Positions 48,971 to 59,356 of a DNA stretch of 64,000 nt are shown here, piece after piece. The notes below the pieces were generated by a model, which did not search any database, was not told where the DNA came from, and was given only the letters and a program-made list of their open reading frames with translations. This stretch comes from a candidate division WOR-3 bacterium (GTDB taxonomy: Bacteria > Hydrothermota > Hydrothermia > Hydrothermales > JAJRUZ01), in contig JAJRUZ010000087.1 of NCBI GenBank assembly GCA_024277525.1, positions 4,530-68,529 of the forward strand, given 5' to 3'. The first letter of the stretch is position 1. The number at the start of each line of letters is the position of its first letter. Made by a program: the position numbers and the translations under genes.

Positions 48971-49839
48971 TTTTATATCTGCTGTTAATAAATATATTTA
49001 ATTACGGTGCAGATGAGGTATGGATTGAATTAAAAGATAATATTCGTATCATAAATGCAAGAAAGAATGTATATGTGCAAGGAGAAAATTTCAGGATTTC
49101 TTCGGATTCAGCAGTCCTTTATGAAACAGAGGATATTGACTCTGCATACCTTTTCAAAAATGTTTTAATTGAAACGGAAAAATTCAAAATTTTTTCAAAT
49201 AAGGTTTTCTATGATTTTATTAAGAGGAGAGGAATTTTTGAAAAAAATGTAAAAATTGAAACCGATACTTTTAAAATATTGGGAGATAAGATTTTTTACG
49301 ATGAAAAAAAGGATTCCGCATTCACGAATGAGAAGGTTCAAATATTTGACAAGGTTAATAATATAGAAATTACCGGATTTTTTATGAATTATATTCCTTC
49401 GAAAAGGAGGGGTAAAATTGATTCTCTCTTATTTATAAAGATCAAAGAAAAGGAAGATACACTTTTGATAAAGGGAAGAACTCTTTATTTTATGGGAAAG
49501 AATTTGAAAGTAAAGGAGAATGTGATACTAAAAGCAAAAGACTTTGAAGGAGAATGCGATTCCCTTTTATGGGAAGAGGATAGAATATTACTTCTGGGTA
49601 AAAATCCATTATTAAAAACAGAAAACTCGCATCTGAAAGGTAAAAAAATTGAAATTTTTATTAAAGAAAGGAAAATTAAGGAGATTTTCTCAGAAGGTGA
49701 GAGTTTTTTAAAAACAGTATCCGAAAAAAAAGATACCCTTTATCTTTACTCAAATATTTTAAAAATAATTTTCAATGATTCTTTAAGACCGATAAAAGTT
49801 ACGGGTAAAGGTAAAATAAACGGAGAGGTGAGAAAATGA
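48967..49839 (+). CDS. lptA: LPS transport periplasmic protein LptA / OstA-N domain protein
   Basis: 290 aa with a signal peptide and repeated OstA-like strands. Position between lptC and lptB. Confidence 0.65.
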   Translation: MILYLLLINIFNYGADEVWIELKDNIRIINARKNVYVQGENFRISSDSAVLYETEDIDSAYLFKNVLIETEKFKIFSNKVFYDFIKRRGIFEKNVKIETDTFKILGDKIFYDEKKDSAFTNEKVQIFDKVNNIEITGFFMNYIPSKRRGKIDSLLFIKIKEKEDTLLIKGRTLYFMGKNLKVKENVILKAKDFEGECDSLLWEEDRILLLGKNPLLKTENSHLKGKKIEIFIKERKIKEIFSEGESFLKTVSEKKDTLYLYSNILKIIFNDSLRPIKVTGKGKINGEVRK

Positions 49840-50555
49840 TTTTAAGGACAGAAAATCTTGTTAAAATTTACAGAAAAAGAAAAGTTGTTAATAATGTTTC
49901 AATTGAGTTAAAAAGAGGAGAAATTGTGGGACTTTTGGGTCCGAACGGAGCGGGTAAAACAACGACTTTTTATATGATTTCAGGTGTTATAAGACCGAAT
50001 TCAGGGAAAGTTTATATAGATGAAGAAGAAATAACGCGTCTTCCGATGTATAAAAGGGCAAGAATGGGAATTTCTTATTTACCGCAGGAACCCTCTGTAT
50101 TCAGGAAATTATCAGTATATGACAATATTTACGGAATTCTGCAAATGAGAGGATATGATGATGAAATTGTGAAAGAAAAAACGGAAAATGTTTTAAAAAA
50201 AATGGGAATTTATAATTTAAAAGACTCAAAGGCGTATATGCTTTCAGGGGGCGAAAGAAGGAGACTCGAGGTTGCAAGGGCACTTGTTCTTGAACCCAAG
50301 TTTCTATTACTCGACGAACCCTTCACAGGAATTGACCCGAAAACAAGAGAAGAAATTCAATCCATTGTTTTATCTTTAAAAAATGAAGGAATACGAGTGC
50401 TAATAACGGATCACAATGTCAGGGAGACACTTGAAATTACGGATAGGGCTTACATAATATATGAAGGTAAAGTGCTTGTTTCCGGAAAATCCGATGAATT
50501 GGTTGAAAATGAATTGGTGCGTAAGGTTTATCTCGGTGAGAGGTTCAAATTATGA
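49836..50555 (+). CDS. lptB: LPS export ABC transporter ATP-binding protein LptB
   Basis: Walker A GPNGAGKTTTF, signature LSGGERRRLEVARAL, Walker B LLLDEPF. 239 aa, immediately upstream of rpoN. Confidence 0.92.
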   Translation: MILRTENLVKIYRKRKVVNNVSIELKRGEIVGLLGPNGAGKTTTFYMISGVIRPNSGKVYIDEEEITRLPMYKRARMGISYLPQEPSVFRKLSVYDNIYGILQMRGYDDEIVKEKTENVLKKMGIYNLKDSKAYMLSGGERRRLEVARALVLEPKFLLLDEPFTGIDPKTREEIQSIVLSLKNEGIRVLITDHNVRETLEITDRAYIIYEGKVLVSGKSDELVENELVRKVYLGERFKL

Positions 50556-51946
50556 GGGACATAAGACTTGAAGAAACTTTAAAAATAAAAGTTACTTTGC
50601 TTCCATCACTTGTTCAACTTGCCAAAATATGCTCTTTAAACATACTTGAATTAAGAGATTTTCTTTATCATGAACTTGAAAATAACATTATCCTCGAGAA
50701 GAGAGAGAGAATTTTGAAAGAAAGATTCAGGGGAAGGGTAATAGAAAGGGATGATTTTGATTTAAAAGAGTTTTTCCAGATTTTCTCGGAGTCCGACGAA
50801 TATGAAAGAACTTTATACTCCCGTGGAGAAGAAGAGGAAGAAGATTTGGCTTCCCTCATTCCTGCAAGAGGTCCTTCACTTTATGAAAGATTATCCTATC
50901 AGATTGAATTTGCCTTTAAAAACGAAGAAGACAAAAGAATAGCAAATTCTTTGATTGATTATATAAATAAAGAAGGATTTATTGAGATTCCGCCGGATGA
51001 AATTTCAAAAGAATTAAATGTTCCTGTTTTAAAAATAGAAGAAATAAGATATAAAATCATGCATCTTGATCCTATAGGTGTGGGTGCAAGAAACATAAGG
51101 GAAGCGTTGTTGGTACAGCTTGAGGTGAGAAAATTAGAGGATACACTTGCTTATGAACTCTTATTAAACCATTTTGAAAAATTAAATGAACCACCCGAAG
51201 AACTTGCACAAAAGCTCAACAGAAGTGTGGAAGAGATAAAAGAGGCATTTCTTTTAATAAAAAGATTGAATCCGAAGCCGGGTTTGATTTATGCGGAGGA
51301 AAGTCCTCAATATGTTGTGCCGGAATATGTGATAAAGTTCAGAGATAATGAGCTTGTTGTGGAAGAGGTAAGGGGTTTTATGCCCGAGATAAGATTAAAT
51401 TCCAAATATTTAAAAATGCTTGACGATGAGAATGTCCCGAAGGAAGTGAAGAAATTCTTAAATGATTATGTAAGAAAAGCAAAGACTTTATTTGATTTAT
51501 TAAACGAAAGAAGAAGAAAATTGGAAAAAATTGTAAATTTCATTGTGGATTATCAGCGTGAATTTTTCATGAATTCCGAGGGCAGATTAAAACCGATTTC
51601 ACAGACCGATGCAGCAAAGAAACTAAATATGCCTGTTTCAACCTTACACAGATTGATAACAGGAAAATATGTTTCTACACCCAGAGGAATTTTTGAATTA
51701 AAATTCTTCTTCCCCAGGGGATTGAGAACAAGAAAAGGAAAAACCTTTGATAGAGATGTGGTAAAAAGTGTGATTAAAGAATTAATAGATAATGAAGACC
51801 CCGAATCACCTTTGAGTGACGGTAAAATAAGAAACATTTTAAGATTTGAAAAAGGAATAGACATCACAAGAAGGGAGGTATGTAAATTAAGAAAAGAACT
51901 CGGGATTGAGAATTATTCCAAAAGAAAAAGGAAATATAAAAGTTGA
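50552..51946 (+). CDS. rpoN: RNA polymerase sigma-54 factor
   Basis: Gln/Leu-rich region I, core-binding domain, C-terminal HTH and RpoN-box-like ..ITRREVCKLRKELGI... 464 aa. Confidence 0.9.
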   Translation: MRDIRLEETLKIKVTLLPSLVQLAKICSLNILELRDFLYHELENNIILEKRERILKERFRGRVIERDDFDLKEFFQIFSESDEYERTLYSRGEEEEEDLASLIPARGPSLYERLSYQIEFAFKNEEDKRIANSLIDYINKEGFIEIPPDEISKELNVPVLKIEEIRYKIMHLDPIGVGARNIREALLVQLEVRKLEDTLAYELLLNHFEKLNEPPEELAQKLNRSVEEIKEAFLLIKRLNPKPGLIYAEESPQYVVPEYVIKFRDNELVVEEVRGFMPEIRLNSKYLKMLDDENVPKEVKKFLNDYVRKAKTLFDLLNERRRKLEKIVNFIVDYQREFFMNSEGRLKPISQTDAAKKLNMPVSTLHRLITGKYVSTPRGIFELKFFFPRGLRTRKGKTFDRDVVKSVIKELIDNEDPESPLSDGKIRNILRFEKGIDITRREVCKLRKELGIENYSKRKRKYKS

Positions 51947-53730
51947 AGATTTATTTAAAATTATTTCCCTTTTTTAAAAGACATCTTTTAATAGTTTTAT
52001 TAACAATTGTTTCAACAATTCTCTTTTCTCTCACAGGCGGTATATCCATAACCATGATTCCTCCCTTTTTACACATTATTTTCGGAGGTAAAATTGAAAC
52101 AGGGGGAATTTTTATAAATAAATTTCTTGCCTGGATTGAAAGTTTACTTATAAAGGATACTCCGCTTGAATCAATAAAAAGATTCTGTATTTTATTAATT
52201 TTGCTTTTCGGAGTCAAAGCATTTTTCGGTTATTCTTCAAAATTTTTGTCATTTATGTTGCAGGAAATAATATCAAGGGATTTAAGAAATTCCCTTTTTT
52301 CAAAATTTCTCAATCTTCCTTTGTCTTTCTTTTCGAAGGTAAAAACAGGGGCACTTGTATCAAGGTTCACTCATGATTTAACAATCGTTCGGTATGCCTT
52401 AACCGAGGGGCTTTTTTCCCTTTTCAGGGATTCCATGAATGTCTTAATTTATCTTTTTCTTGCGATATGGGCATCTCCCTTTCTTTCAATTATTGCTTTC
52501 TTGATTCTTCCTTTTGCTTTTATTTTTATTCAAACAACAGGAAGGGTTTTGAGAAGAAGGGCAAGAAGGGCACAAGAAAGGATGGGTGAAATCGGTTCAA
52601 GGGCTCAGGAAATTTTGTATGGATTAAAAATAGTAAAAGCATTCGGAAGAAATGAAGAGGAAAAGAAAAAATTTGAAAAAGAAACAATGAAATTCTTTAA
52701 AGCACATCTCAAATATGAAAACCTTTCCATACTTACCCCTCATTTAACCGAATTTGTGGGTTCAATAATGGCTGCCCTTTTTTTGTATGCAGGAGGGGTT
52801 CTTATATTTAACATACAAGTCTTAACTCCTGATAGATTTTTTGTATTCTTGGCATCTGCGCTTTCAATGCTTCAACCCTTAAAGGGTCTCACACATTCTT
52901 ATTCAAACTTACAACAGGGTATAACCGCTCTTGACAGAACATTTAAAATCTTATCCGAGGAAGAAGAAAAAGGCGGAAATATAATTTTAAAAAACATAAA
53001 AAAAGGGATTGAATTTAAAAATGTAAGCTTTTATTATGAAGAAAACAGATGGGTTTTAAAGAATATAAACCTGTTCATTGAAAAGGGAAAAATTTATGCT
53101 TTTGTGGGTCCTTCGGGTGCGGGAAAATCTACTTTACTTTCTCTTATACCGAGATTTTATGATCCTCAAGAGGGAGAAATTTTTATTGATGAAATAAATA
53201 TAAGGGAATATGATCTGGATTCTCTGCGAAGTAAGATCGGTATAGTATCTCAGGAGACTCTTTTATTTTCCGGTACAATTAAGGAGAATCTTCTTTACGG
53301 CAACCCGAATGCAGGGGAAGAGGAAATAAGACTTGCGATAAAATTTGCGGGACTTGAAGATTTTATAAATGATTTACCGGATGGGCTTGATACGGATGTA
53401 AAAGAGCTCGGTAAACGGTTATCAGGAGGAGAAAAGCAGAGAATATCAATTGCAAGGGTTTTTATAAAAAATCCGGAGATTCTCATTCTTGACGAATTTA
53501 CATCTCAACTTGATGCTCATTCCGAACATATTGTAAAAGAAGCAATTTACAATCTTTTCAAAGGAAGAACGGGTTTGGTGATAGCCCACAGACTATCAAC
53601 TGTATTAAAGGCGGATAAAATAGTTTTAATGGAAGACGGTAAAATTGTTGATATCGGAACACATGAGGAACTTCTTGAAAGGTCGGAACTTTATTCAAAG
53701 TTATACAAACTTCAATTTGAGAGAATCTGA
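51943..53730 (+). CDS. ABC exporter, fused permease/ATPase (MsbA-like lipid exporter family)
   Basis: Six-TM N-terminal domain, Walker A GPSGAGKSTL, signature LSGGEKQRISIARV, Walker B ILILDEFTS. Confidence 0.9.
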   Translation: MKIYLKLFPFFKRHLLIVLLTIVSTILFSLTGGISITMIPPFLHIIFGGKIETGGIFINKFLAWIESLLIKDTPLESIKRFCILLILLFGVKAFFGYSSKFLSFMLQEIISRDLRNSLFSKFLNLPLSFFSKVKTGALVSRFTHDLTIVRYALTEGLFSLFRDSMNVLIYLFLAIWASPFLSIIAFLILPFAFIFIQTTGRVLRRRARRAQERMGEIGSRAQEILYGLKIVKAFGRNEEEKKKFEKETMKFFKAHLKYENLSILTPHLTEFVGSIMAALFLYAGGVLIFNIQVLTPDRFFVFLASALSMLQPLKGLTHSYSNLQQGITALDRTFKILSEEEEKGGNIILKNIKKGIEFKNVSFYYEENRWVLKNINLFIEKGKIYAFVGPSGAGKSTLLSLIPRFYDPQEGEIFIDEINIREYDLDSLRSKIGIVSQETLLFSGTIKENLLYGNPNAGEEEIRLAIKFAGLEDFINDLPDGLDTDVKELGKRLSGGEKQRISIARVFIKNPEILILDEFTSQLDAHSEHIVKEAIYNLFKGRTGLVIAHRLSTVLKADKIVLMEDGKIVDIGTHEELLERSELYSKLYKLQFERI

Positions 53731-54620
53731 TGAAATTCAGGAAAAAGCCGGAATGGATAAAAAGTAAACTTTTTCATAAGGAAAAATTCGGTAAAATAAG
53801 AAAAACTTTAAAGAATAAAAAACTTCATACCGTATGTGAATCTGCACTTTGCCCTAATATCAACGAGTGCTGGGGAGGGGGCACAGCGACAATCATGATT
53901 ATGGGAGATATATGCACAAGGGCATGCAGATTTTGTAATATAAAGACAGGGAATCCGAGAAGAATCCTTGACCCCGAAGAACCTGAAAGAGTTGCACAAA
54001 CGGTTAAGGAGTGGAAATTAAAATATGTAGTTCTTACATCTGTTGATAGGGATGACCTTCCTGACGGAGGAGCGGGGCATTTTGCAAAAACAATAAGAGC
54101 TATTAAATCTTTAAATCCCGGAGTATTTGTTGAGCCTTTAATACCCGATTTCGGGGGCAATATTGAATCTTTAAAAATTGTTCTTTCTGCAAATCCTGAT
54201 GTTCTTGCACATAACATTGAAACGGTTGAAAGGTTAACACCGATTGTAAGGGATAAAAGGGCGGGTTATTTGCAGAGTCTAAAAGTCCTTGAAAATTCAA
54301 AAAAATTAAGACCTGATATATACACAAAATCAAGTATATTGGTAGGTTTAGGAGAAAGGGAAAAAGAAGTAATAAAGACATTAAAAGATTTGAGAAATGC
54401 AGGAGTTGATATAGTTACAATAGGGCAGTATTTAAGACCTTCTTTGCACAAAAAATTTCTTGAAGTTAAGGAATATGTGCATCCTGAAAAATTTGAATAT
54501 TACGAAAAAGTTGCCTTAGAAATGGGCTTCTTATATTGTGCTTCAGGTCCTTTTGTAAGGAGTTCTTATAAAGCCGCAGAGGTATTTTTAGAGGGAGTCT
54601 TAAGAAAAGATAAATCTTAA
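53730..54620 (+). CDS. lipA: lipoyl synthase
   Basis: Both cysteine clusters are present (CESALCPNINECW and CTRACRFCNIKTG). 296 aa. Confidence 0.95.
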   Translation: MKFRKKPEWIKSKLFHKEKFGKIRKTLKNKKLHTVCESALCPNINECWGGGTATIMIMGDICTRACRFCNIKTGNPRRILDPEEPERVAQTVKEWKLKYVVLTSVDRDDLPDGGAGHFAKTIRAIKSLNPGVFVEPLIPDFGGNIESLKIVLSANPDVLAHNIETVERLTPIVRDKRAGYLQSLKVLENSKKLRPDIYTKSSILVGLGEREKEVIKTLKDLRNAGVDIVTIGQYLRPSLHKKFLEVKEYVHPEKFEYYEKVALEMGFLYCASGPFVRSSYKAAEVFLEGVLRKDKS

Positions 54621-54685
54621 TTAAACCATTGACCCGGATAAATACATGAACGGTTTTCCAAACCGTAATAAAAAAAATCGTTCTC

Positions 54686-54715
54686 TTGATTTCTTCTCCT
54701 GAAATCTTTTATAAT
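54686..54715 (+). promoter_or_regulatory. candidate sigma70-type promoter (TTGATT-18 nt-TATAAT) upstream of the small lipoprotein gene
   Basis: Hexamers read directly from the sequence. Short UTR, no SD, so speculative. Confidence 0.3.
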
Positions 54716-54727
54716 CATTTTTAAATA

Positions 54728-55009
54728 ATGCAAATGAATAAAATACTTATAATTATTTTTTCCGTGCTCATTATCTCATGCAAAGCCGGGAACGGATTAA
54801 AAGAAGAAATAGAAAATATAAGAAAAGAACTTAAAAGAATAGATAGAAAGATTGAACACATAGAAAAAAAGGTGGATTCACTTGATTTAAGGTTATCAAA
54901 TTTCAGAAAAGAAATGGAAGAACGCTTAATCAGATTAAAAAGGAATTATAAAAATAAAAAAGAAACTTTTTCACACCCTTGGTATGAGAGTTGCGGTAGA
55001 TGTCATTAA
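54728..55009 (+). CDS. small coiled-coil lipoprotein (signal peptide with lipobox ..LIISC)
   Basis: 93 aa, hydrophobic N-terminus ending ISCK, then a K/E-rich heptad region. Confidence 0.55.
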   Translation: MQMNKILIIIFSVLIISCKAGNGLKEEIENIRKELKRIDRKIEHIEKKVDSLDLRLSNFRKEMEERLIRLKRNYKNKKETFSHPWYESCGRCH

Positions 55010-55434
55010 ATTTCCTTCACATTGAACTCTTTTTTTATTTTTTCCTCTCCGATTAAAACCTCCTTTGATTTCGGAGAATATACCGAATCCCATTTTCCCT
55101 CTTTTATTATATCCTCCAGCATTTCACAAAAATCTCCTTTTAAAAATTGAAATTCACAGGATATTTTTTCCTCTTTAAGAAAATTTCCGAGTTTTTCCAT
55201 TTTCTCTCTCAAATTATTTTCTATTTCTTTTAAAATCAAATCCTTAATTTCCTTTGTAGGCTCTTCACCCAGAAATCCCATATACATGAGCCATGTTGAA
55301 AAATTGGAAGGAATTGCTTCACTCAATATAAAAACCACCTTAATAAAAACATTTTTACCCTCTCTTTTTAATATCTCTTTAATTATATCAATGTCATTCC
55401 TTGTTCCTGAGAAAATTATCAAAATTTTTTTCAT
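55006..55434 (-). CDS. hypothetical protein, possibly USP-like alpha/beta fold
   Basis: Start reassigned to ATG 55434 (MKKILIIFSG...), which has GGGGGTG 5 nt upstream and abuts the stop of the upstream transporter. Weak resemblance only. Confidence 0.45.
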   Translation of the reverse strand: MKKILIIFSGTRNDIDIIKEILKREGKNVFIKVVFILSEAIPSNFSTWLMYMGFLGEEPTKEIKDLILKEIENNLREKMEKLGNFLKEEKISCEFQFLKGDFCEMLEDIIKEGKWDSVYSPKSKEVLIGEEKIKKEFNVKEI

Positions 55435-56780
55435 ATTTTCACCCCCATTATTACCCATATAAAATGACTTAAAAAATAAATAAAGACAGGGGATACAAGA
55501 AAAAAAGGAATTGAATATTTAAAAGCATCAAAAATAGAGTACTTTCCGGAAGAAAAGGCGATTGCATTGGGTGGAGAACCGAAAGGGAGAATGAATGCAA
55601 GACCGCTTGTTATTGCAATGAAAAGGGTAAGAAAAAAGGGATCAAAAACATTTGAAAAACCGTAAGAAATAGGCAATAAAAGGGCACAGGTTGCAACATT
55701 ACTTATAAACTCCGTAAGAATAAGTGTCAAAAATAAAAGGGAAATAAATAAAATCAGGGGATGGTGGGAAAGCAGGGATAAAAAATTCTCCGAGATATAA
55801 AGTGCTGTTCCTGATTTAAATAAGGATGTTCCAAGCACTATTGCTCCCCCGTACATTAAAATTATACCCCAGTTAACATAATGCTGAGCATCCCTCCAAT
55901 TGATTACCTTAAAGAGAAAAAGTAAAAAACATGCAAGAAGTCCTGTAACAGCCATGTCAATTTTATCAGAGTAAAAAATCCAGAGAATCAATGCAAATGC
56001 ATAAATTAATAAAGTTTTCATTTCTTCATTGCTTAAAATTCTTTCCGCCTTATTTTTCAATTCTACTTTTTCCTGAATGTTTCTTGTTAAGATAAAAATG
56101 TATAAGATTCCGAATATAAAGAATAAAAATGCTACGGGAAAGGCAAATTTTGTCCATTCAAAAAAGGTAATAATTTTTCCGAAATTTTCCTGATACAGTC
56201 CTATTGCAAAAGGAGCCCTTGCGCCTCCGAGGGGTGTTCCGATTCCACCCGAAACCGCCCCCCATGCCATTGACAAAAATATGAGTTTTGCAAATTTTTT
56301 GTTTTTAATTTCATGTGATATTTGAAGCAAAAAAGGAAAAAGAATCGCAGAAGTTGCATGTTCTGGTATTAAAAGGGATAAAAAAAATGAAATTGAAAAT
56401 ATACCGGATAAGATATAAAAAGGACTTTTTGAAAAAAATTTAAGAAAAAAATAGGTTATTTTTTTTGCCAGTCCTGTTTTTAAGATAGAAGATGCAAGAA
56501 TAAATGCGGAAAGGATAAAAAAAACAGCCCTGTTTCCGAATGCAGAAAATGTTTCTTCGGGTCTTAAAACATTAAAAAGAGGTGTTATGGCGATAATCAG
56601 AATACCTGTAACCGCAGGAGGAACTATATTTGTAATCCAAAGTGTTGCACTTAAGAAAAATATACCAAGCGCTTTTGAATAAATTTCCGGAATTTTCACA
56701 ATGTAAAAAAGGAAAAATGAAAAAATAAAAAAGAGCGAAAGTCCTGTGAATAAAATTACATTTTTTAATGTTCCCTTCAT
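55431..56780 (-). CDS. anion permease of the ArsB/NhaD-DASS superfamily
   Basis: 449 aa, more than 10 TM segments, internal repeat typical of DASS/CitMHS-like permeases. Confidence 0.6.
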   Translation of the reverse strand: MKGTLKNVILFTGLSLFFIFSFFLFYIVKIPEIYSKALGIFFLSATLWITNIVPPAVTGILIIAITPLFNVLRPEETFSAFGNRAVFFILSAFILASSILKTGLAKKITYFFLKFFSKSPFYILSGIFSISFFLSLLIPEHATSAILFPFLLQISHEIKNKKFAKLIFLSMAWGAVSGGIGTPLGGARAPFAIGLYQENFGKIITFFEWTKFAFPVAFLFFIFGILYIFILTRNIQEKVELKNKAERILSNEEMKTLLIYAFALILWIFYSDKIDMAVTGLLACFLLFLFKVINWRDAQHYVNWGIILMYGGAIVLGTSLFKSGTALYISENFLSLLSHHPLILFISLLFLTLILTEFISNVATCALLLPISYGFSNVFDPFFLTLFIAITSGLAFILPFGSPPNAIAFSSGKYSIFDAFKYSIPFFLVSPVFIYFLSHFIWVIMGVKI

Positions 56781-57295
56781 TTTTTTATCAATTCAGGAAT
56801 CTTTCTCAAGAGATATTCCCTTTTCTTTTCATTAACTTCAAATATTTTCACATCTTTTCTCTTTTTTATTTCTTTTATGAAAGGGTGGGGCGAAATTGAA
56901 ATTGTTGCAATTATTTGAATTTCGGAATCAAAAGCCGTTTTAACACTTTCTTTAAATTTTTCTGAAAAAAGTTCCATTTTCCCTATCTCATCTACCAAAA
57001 GGAGATTCTTATTTTTGATTGCATTTTCTATTTCCGGAATCCCTATCTTTTCAAGTGCAGAGATATTCACACCGTATTTTCCTACTTTAAACTCTGACTT
57101 TATATTTATGTGAGCAAATATTTCTTTTTCTCCTTTAAGATTCTCAACGAAAAATCCCACCCTTTTGCCTTTTTCCCTTATCTCTCCTGTAAAAAAACCG
57201 TTAATTTTCAGTCCCTGGTTTTTCAGTTTTTCGCAGATTTTCTTTAAAAGGGTTGTTTTTCCTGCCCTGGGTTTTCCTGTTATCAGAATTTTCAT
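56777..57295 (-). CDS. small P-loop NTPase (THEP1/NTPase_1-like)
   Basis: 172 aa. Walker A ITGKPRAGKTTLL, Walker B LLLVDEIGKMEL. Size and order match the THEP1 family. Confidence 0.6.
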   Translation of the reverse strand: MKILITGKPRAGKTTLLKKICEKLKNQGLKINGFFTGEIREKGKRVGFFVENLKGEKEIFAHINIKSEFKVGKYGVNISALEKIGIPEIENAIKNKNLLLVDEIGKMELFSEKFKESVKTAFDSEIQIIATISISPHPFIKEIKKRKDVKIFEVNEKKREYLLRKIPELIKK

Positions 57296-57344
57296 AACTT
57301 AAATTTAAGAGAATTTATTTAATTTTTTCATTTATAATAAGATT

Positions 57345-57920
57345 ATGAAGCTATTTGATGCGGATATCTTTGAAAAAGACGAAAAAATTTATGTGAATTT
57401 GAAAGGAAAGATTGATACAAGGACCGTGAATGATTTTAAAAATGTTCTCCAATCTGCGAAACGGATGAACAAAAAAGAAATAATTCTTAATTACCAGGAT
57501 GTTGAATATGTATCAAGTGCGGGATACGGCTCACTTTTGCAATTCTGTGTCTATTCAAAAAAAGAAGGAATAAATGTTTATGTAACAGGAATGAAAAAGG
57601 AAATCAAGAACATATTTGATATTATGGAGCTTTACAGATTTGTGGATTATAAGGAAGGAATTGAAATTCCGGAAATGGCAGTTGAAGAAAAAGAAGAATT
57701 CCAGATTCCTTCAGATCTTGAAGAATGGATTGAAAAGAAGGTAATTGATAATCCTATGATGGGAATTGAAGAATATTCGGATTTGTATTTCAAAGAAAAA
57801 GAAATACGTGTTCCTGATGAGGTATTCAAAGAAATATGTGAAAGAAAAGGACTCATAACAAAGGAAGGAAGATTGTTTTTTGCTTATAAAAAACTCAGGG
57901 AGAAAATAGAGGGTAAATGA
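57345..57920 (+). CDS. STAS-domain (anti-sigma-factor-antagonist-like) protein with an ~80-aa acidic C-terminal extension
   Basis: N-terminal about 110 aa have an SpoIIAA-like pattern (..VNLKGKIDTRTVNDFKN...ILNYQDVEYVSSAGYGSLL..). Confidence 0.6.
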   Translation: MKLFDADIFEKDEKIYVNLKGKIDTRTVNDFKNVLQSAKRMNKKEIILNYQDVEYVSSAGYGSLLQFCVYSKKEGINVYVTGMKKEIKNIFDIMELYRFVDYKEGIEIPEMAVEEKEEFQIPSDLEEWIEKKVIDNPMMGIEEYSDLYFKEKEIRVPDEVFKEICERKGLITKEGRLFFAYKKLREKIEGK

Positions 57921-59356
57921 GCTTTAAAATAAAATTGAGTATTCTTTTTTCTTTAATATTCATATTTTTCTCCTATTTAATTTACAAATATTTAACGCAA
58001 AAAGGAGAAGATTATATAAAAAAAGAATTGATTGAAAGGGGAAATTCAATCTGTTCTTCACTTTCAATGGTTGCAAAAGAACCTCTCATAGATGAAAACA
58101 AAGCAGAACTCTCAAGATTAGCATATTCATTGAAAAAAGAAGAGAATTTATCTTTTGTATATATTGTAAATCGTAAAGGAATAATCAAAGGGGCACCTGA
58201 TTTGGAAGACCTTGATAAAAATATTCAGGAAGTCTTAGCTTTTTACAAATCCGGAAAAGACATTATGTTTTTTGAAAAAGATATCATTTACAGTAACATA
58301 AATATCGGAAAGGTTTACATAGGCATCCCATCCATAATTGTTAAAAAAGCAAAATCCGATTTCCGGAAAGGAGCCATTTTCATATTTTCAATTTCACTTA
58401 TCTGCGGAATAATAATTATTTTCACTTTTACTTATCTTTCCCTTAAACCTTTAAATTATATTGTAAGTGTATTAAAAAGAATAGGGGAAGGCAGGTTAAA
58501 TGAGAAGATTGATATACATTCAAAAGACGAATTCGGAAAAATAGAAAAGGCAGCGGAAGAGATGAGGCAGAAGCTCATTGAATATCAGGCAGAAATATCA
58601 AGACAGGAGAGATTAAAAAGGGATGCAGAACTTGCGCGTGAAATTCAGAAAATGCTTTTACCTGAAAAATTGCCCGAATTAAGGGGATATGAAATTACAC
58701 ATTATTACGAACCCGCATTCTATGTCGGAGGGGATTATTGTGATGTTTTAAAAACATTGACTCATACATTATGTGTGATAGGTGATGTATCCGGAAAAGG
58801 GGCATCTTCCTCTCTTATAATGGCTCTAACAAAGGCATTTATCTATTCAAATTACAAAACTTCAAGAAATCCGGTCGCTTTTGTTACAAATTTACATTCT
58901 TTTATTAAACACAGGATTCCGGATGATATGTTTATTACTCTCTTTTTACTTTATCTTGAAGAAAACGGAACATATTTATATTCCTCATGCGGTCACACCT
59001 CTCCCTTTTTGTTTGTTGCAAGTGAAGAAAAACTATTAAAATTCAAAATGAACGGAGTTCCTGTGGGATTTTCTTTTGTATCGGATAACGAATATCCTTC
59101 GTATGTTCAAAAAGGAAACGGAAAACTTGAAAAGGGTGATATACTTTTTCTTTATACAGATGGACTTTTTGATGTTAAAAATGAAAAAGGTGAATTTCTG
59201 GGAGAGGAAAGATTTTTTGATTTTTTAAATCAGACTGTTAAAAAGGAGGGAGATATAGATAAAATTAAAGAAAATATAGTAAAAATGATTCAAGAATTCA
59301 GAGGAGAAGCAGAGCCCGAAGATGACATTACTTTTATGATAATTAAAAAAACATGA
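57917..59356 (+). CDS. membrane-anchored HAMP + PP2C-type (RsbU/SpoIIE-family) serine phosphatase
   Basis: Two TM segments flank a periplasmic segment, then a HAMP-like linker, then a PP2C domain (..VIGDVSGKGASSSL.., ..LFLYTDGLFD..). Confidence 0.8.
   Translation: MSFKIKLSILFSLIFIFFSYLIYKYLTQKGEDYIKKELIERGNSICSSLSMVAKEPLIDENKAELSRLAYSLKKEENLSFVYIVNRKGIIKGAPDLEDLDKNIQEVLAFYKSGKDIMFFEKDIIYSNINIGKVYIGIPSIIVKKAKSDFRKGAIFIFSISLICGIIIIFTFTYLSLKPLNYIVSVLKRIGEGRLNEKIDIHSKDEFGKIEKAAEEMRQKLIEYQAEISRQERLKRDAELAREIQKMLLPEKLPELRGYEITHYYEPAFYVGGDYCDVLKTLTHTLCVIGDVSGKGASSSLIMALTKAFIYSNYKTSRNPVAFVTNLHSFIKHRIPDDMFITLFLLYLEENGTYLYSSCGHTSPFLFVASEEKLLKFKMNGVPVGFSFVSDNEYPSYVQKGNGKLEKGDILFLYTDGLFDVKNEKGEFLGEERFFDFLNQTVKKEGDIDKIKENIVKMIQEFRGEAEPEDDITFMIIKKT

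Noticed and set aside
54655-54672. Hairpin ACGGTTT-tcc-AAACCGT downstream of lipA followed by an A-run
   Set aside because: The A-run is on the wrong side for a plus-strand terminator, and on the minus strand the T-run precedes the stem. This is not a canonical terminator.
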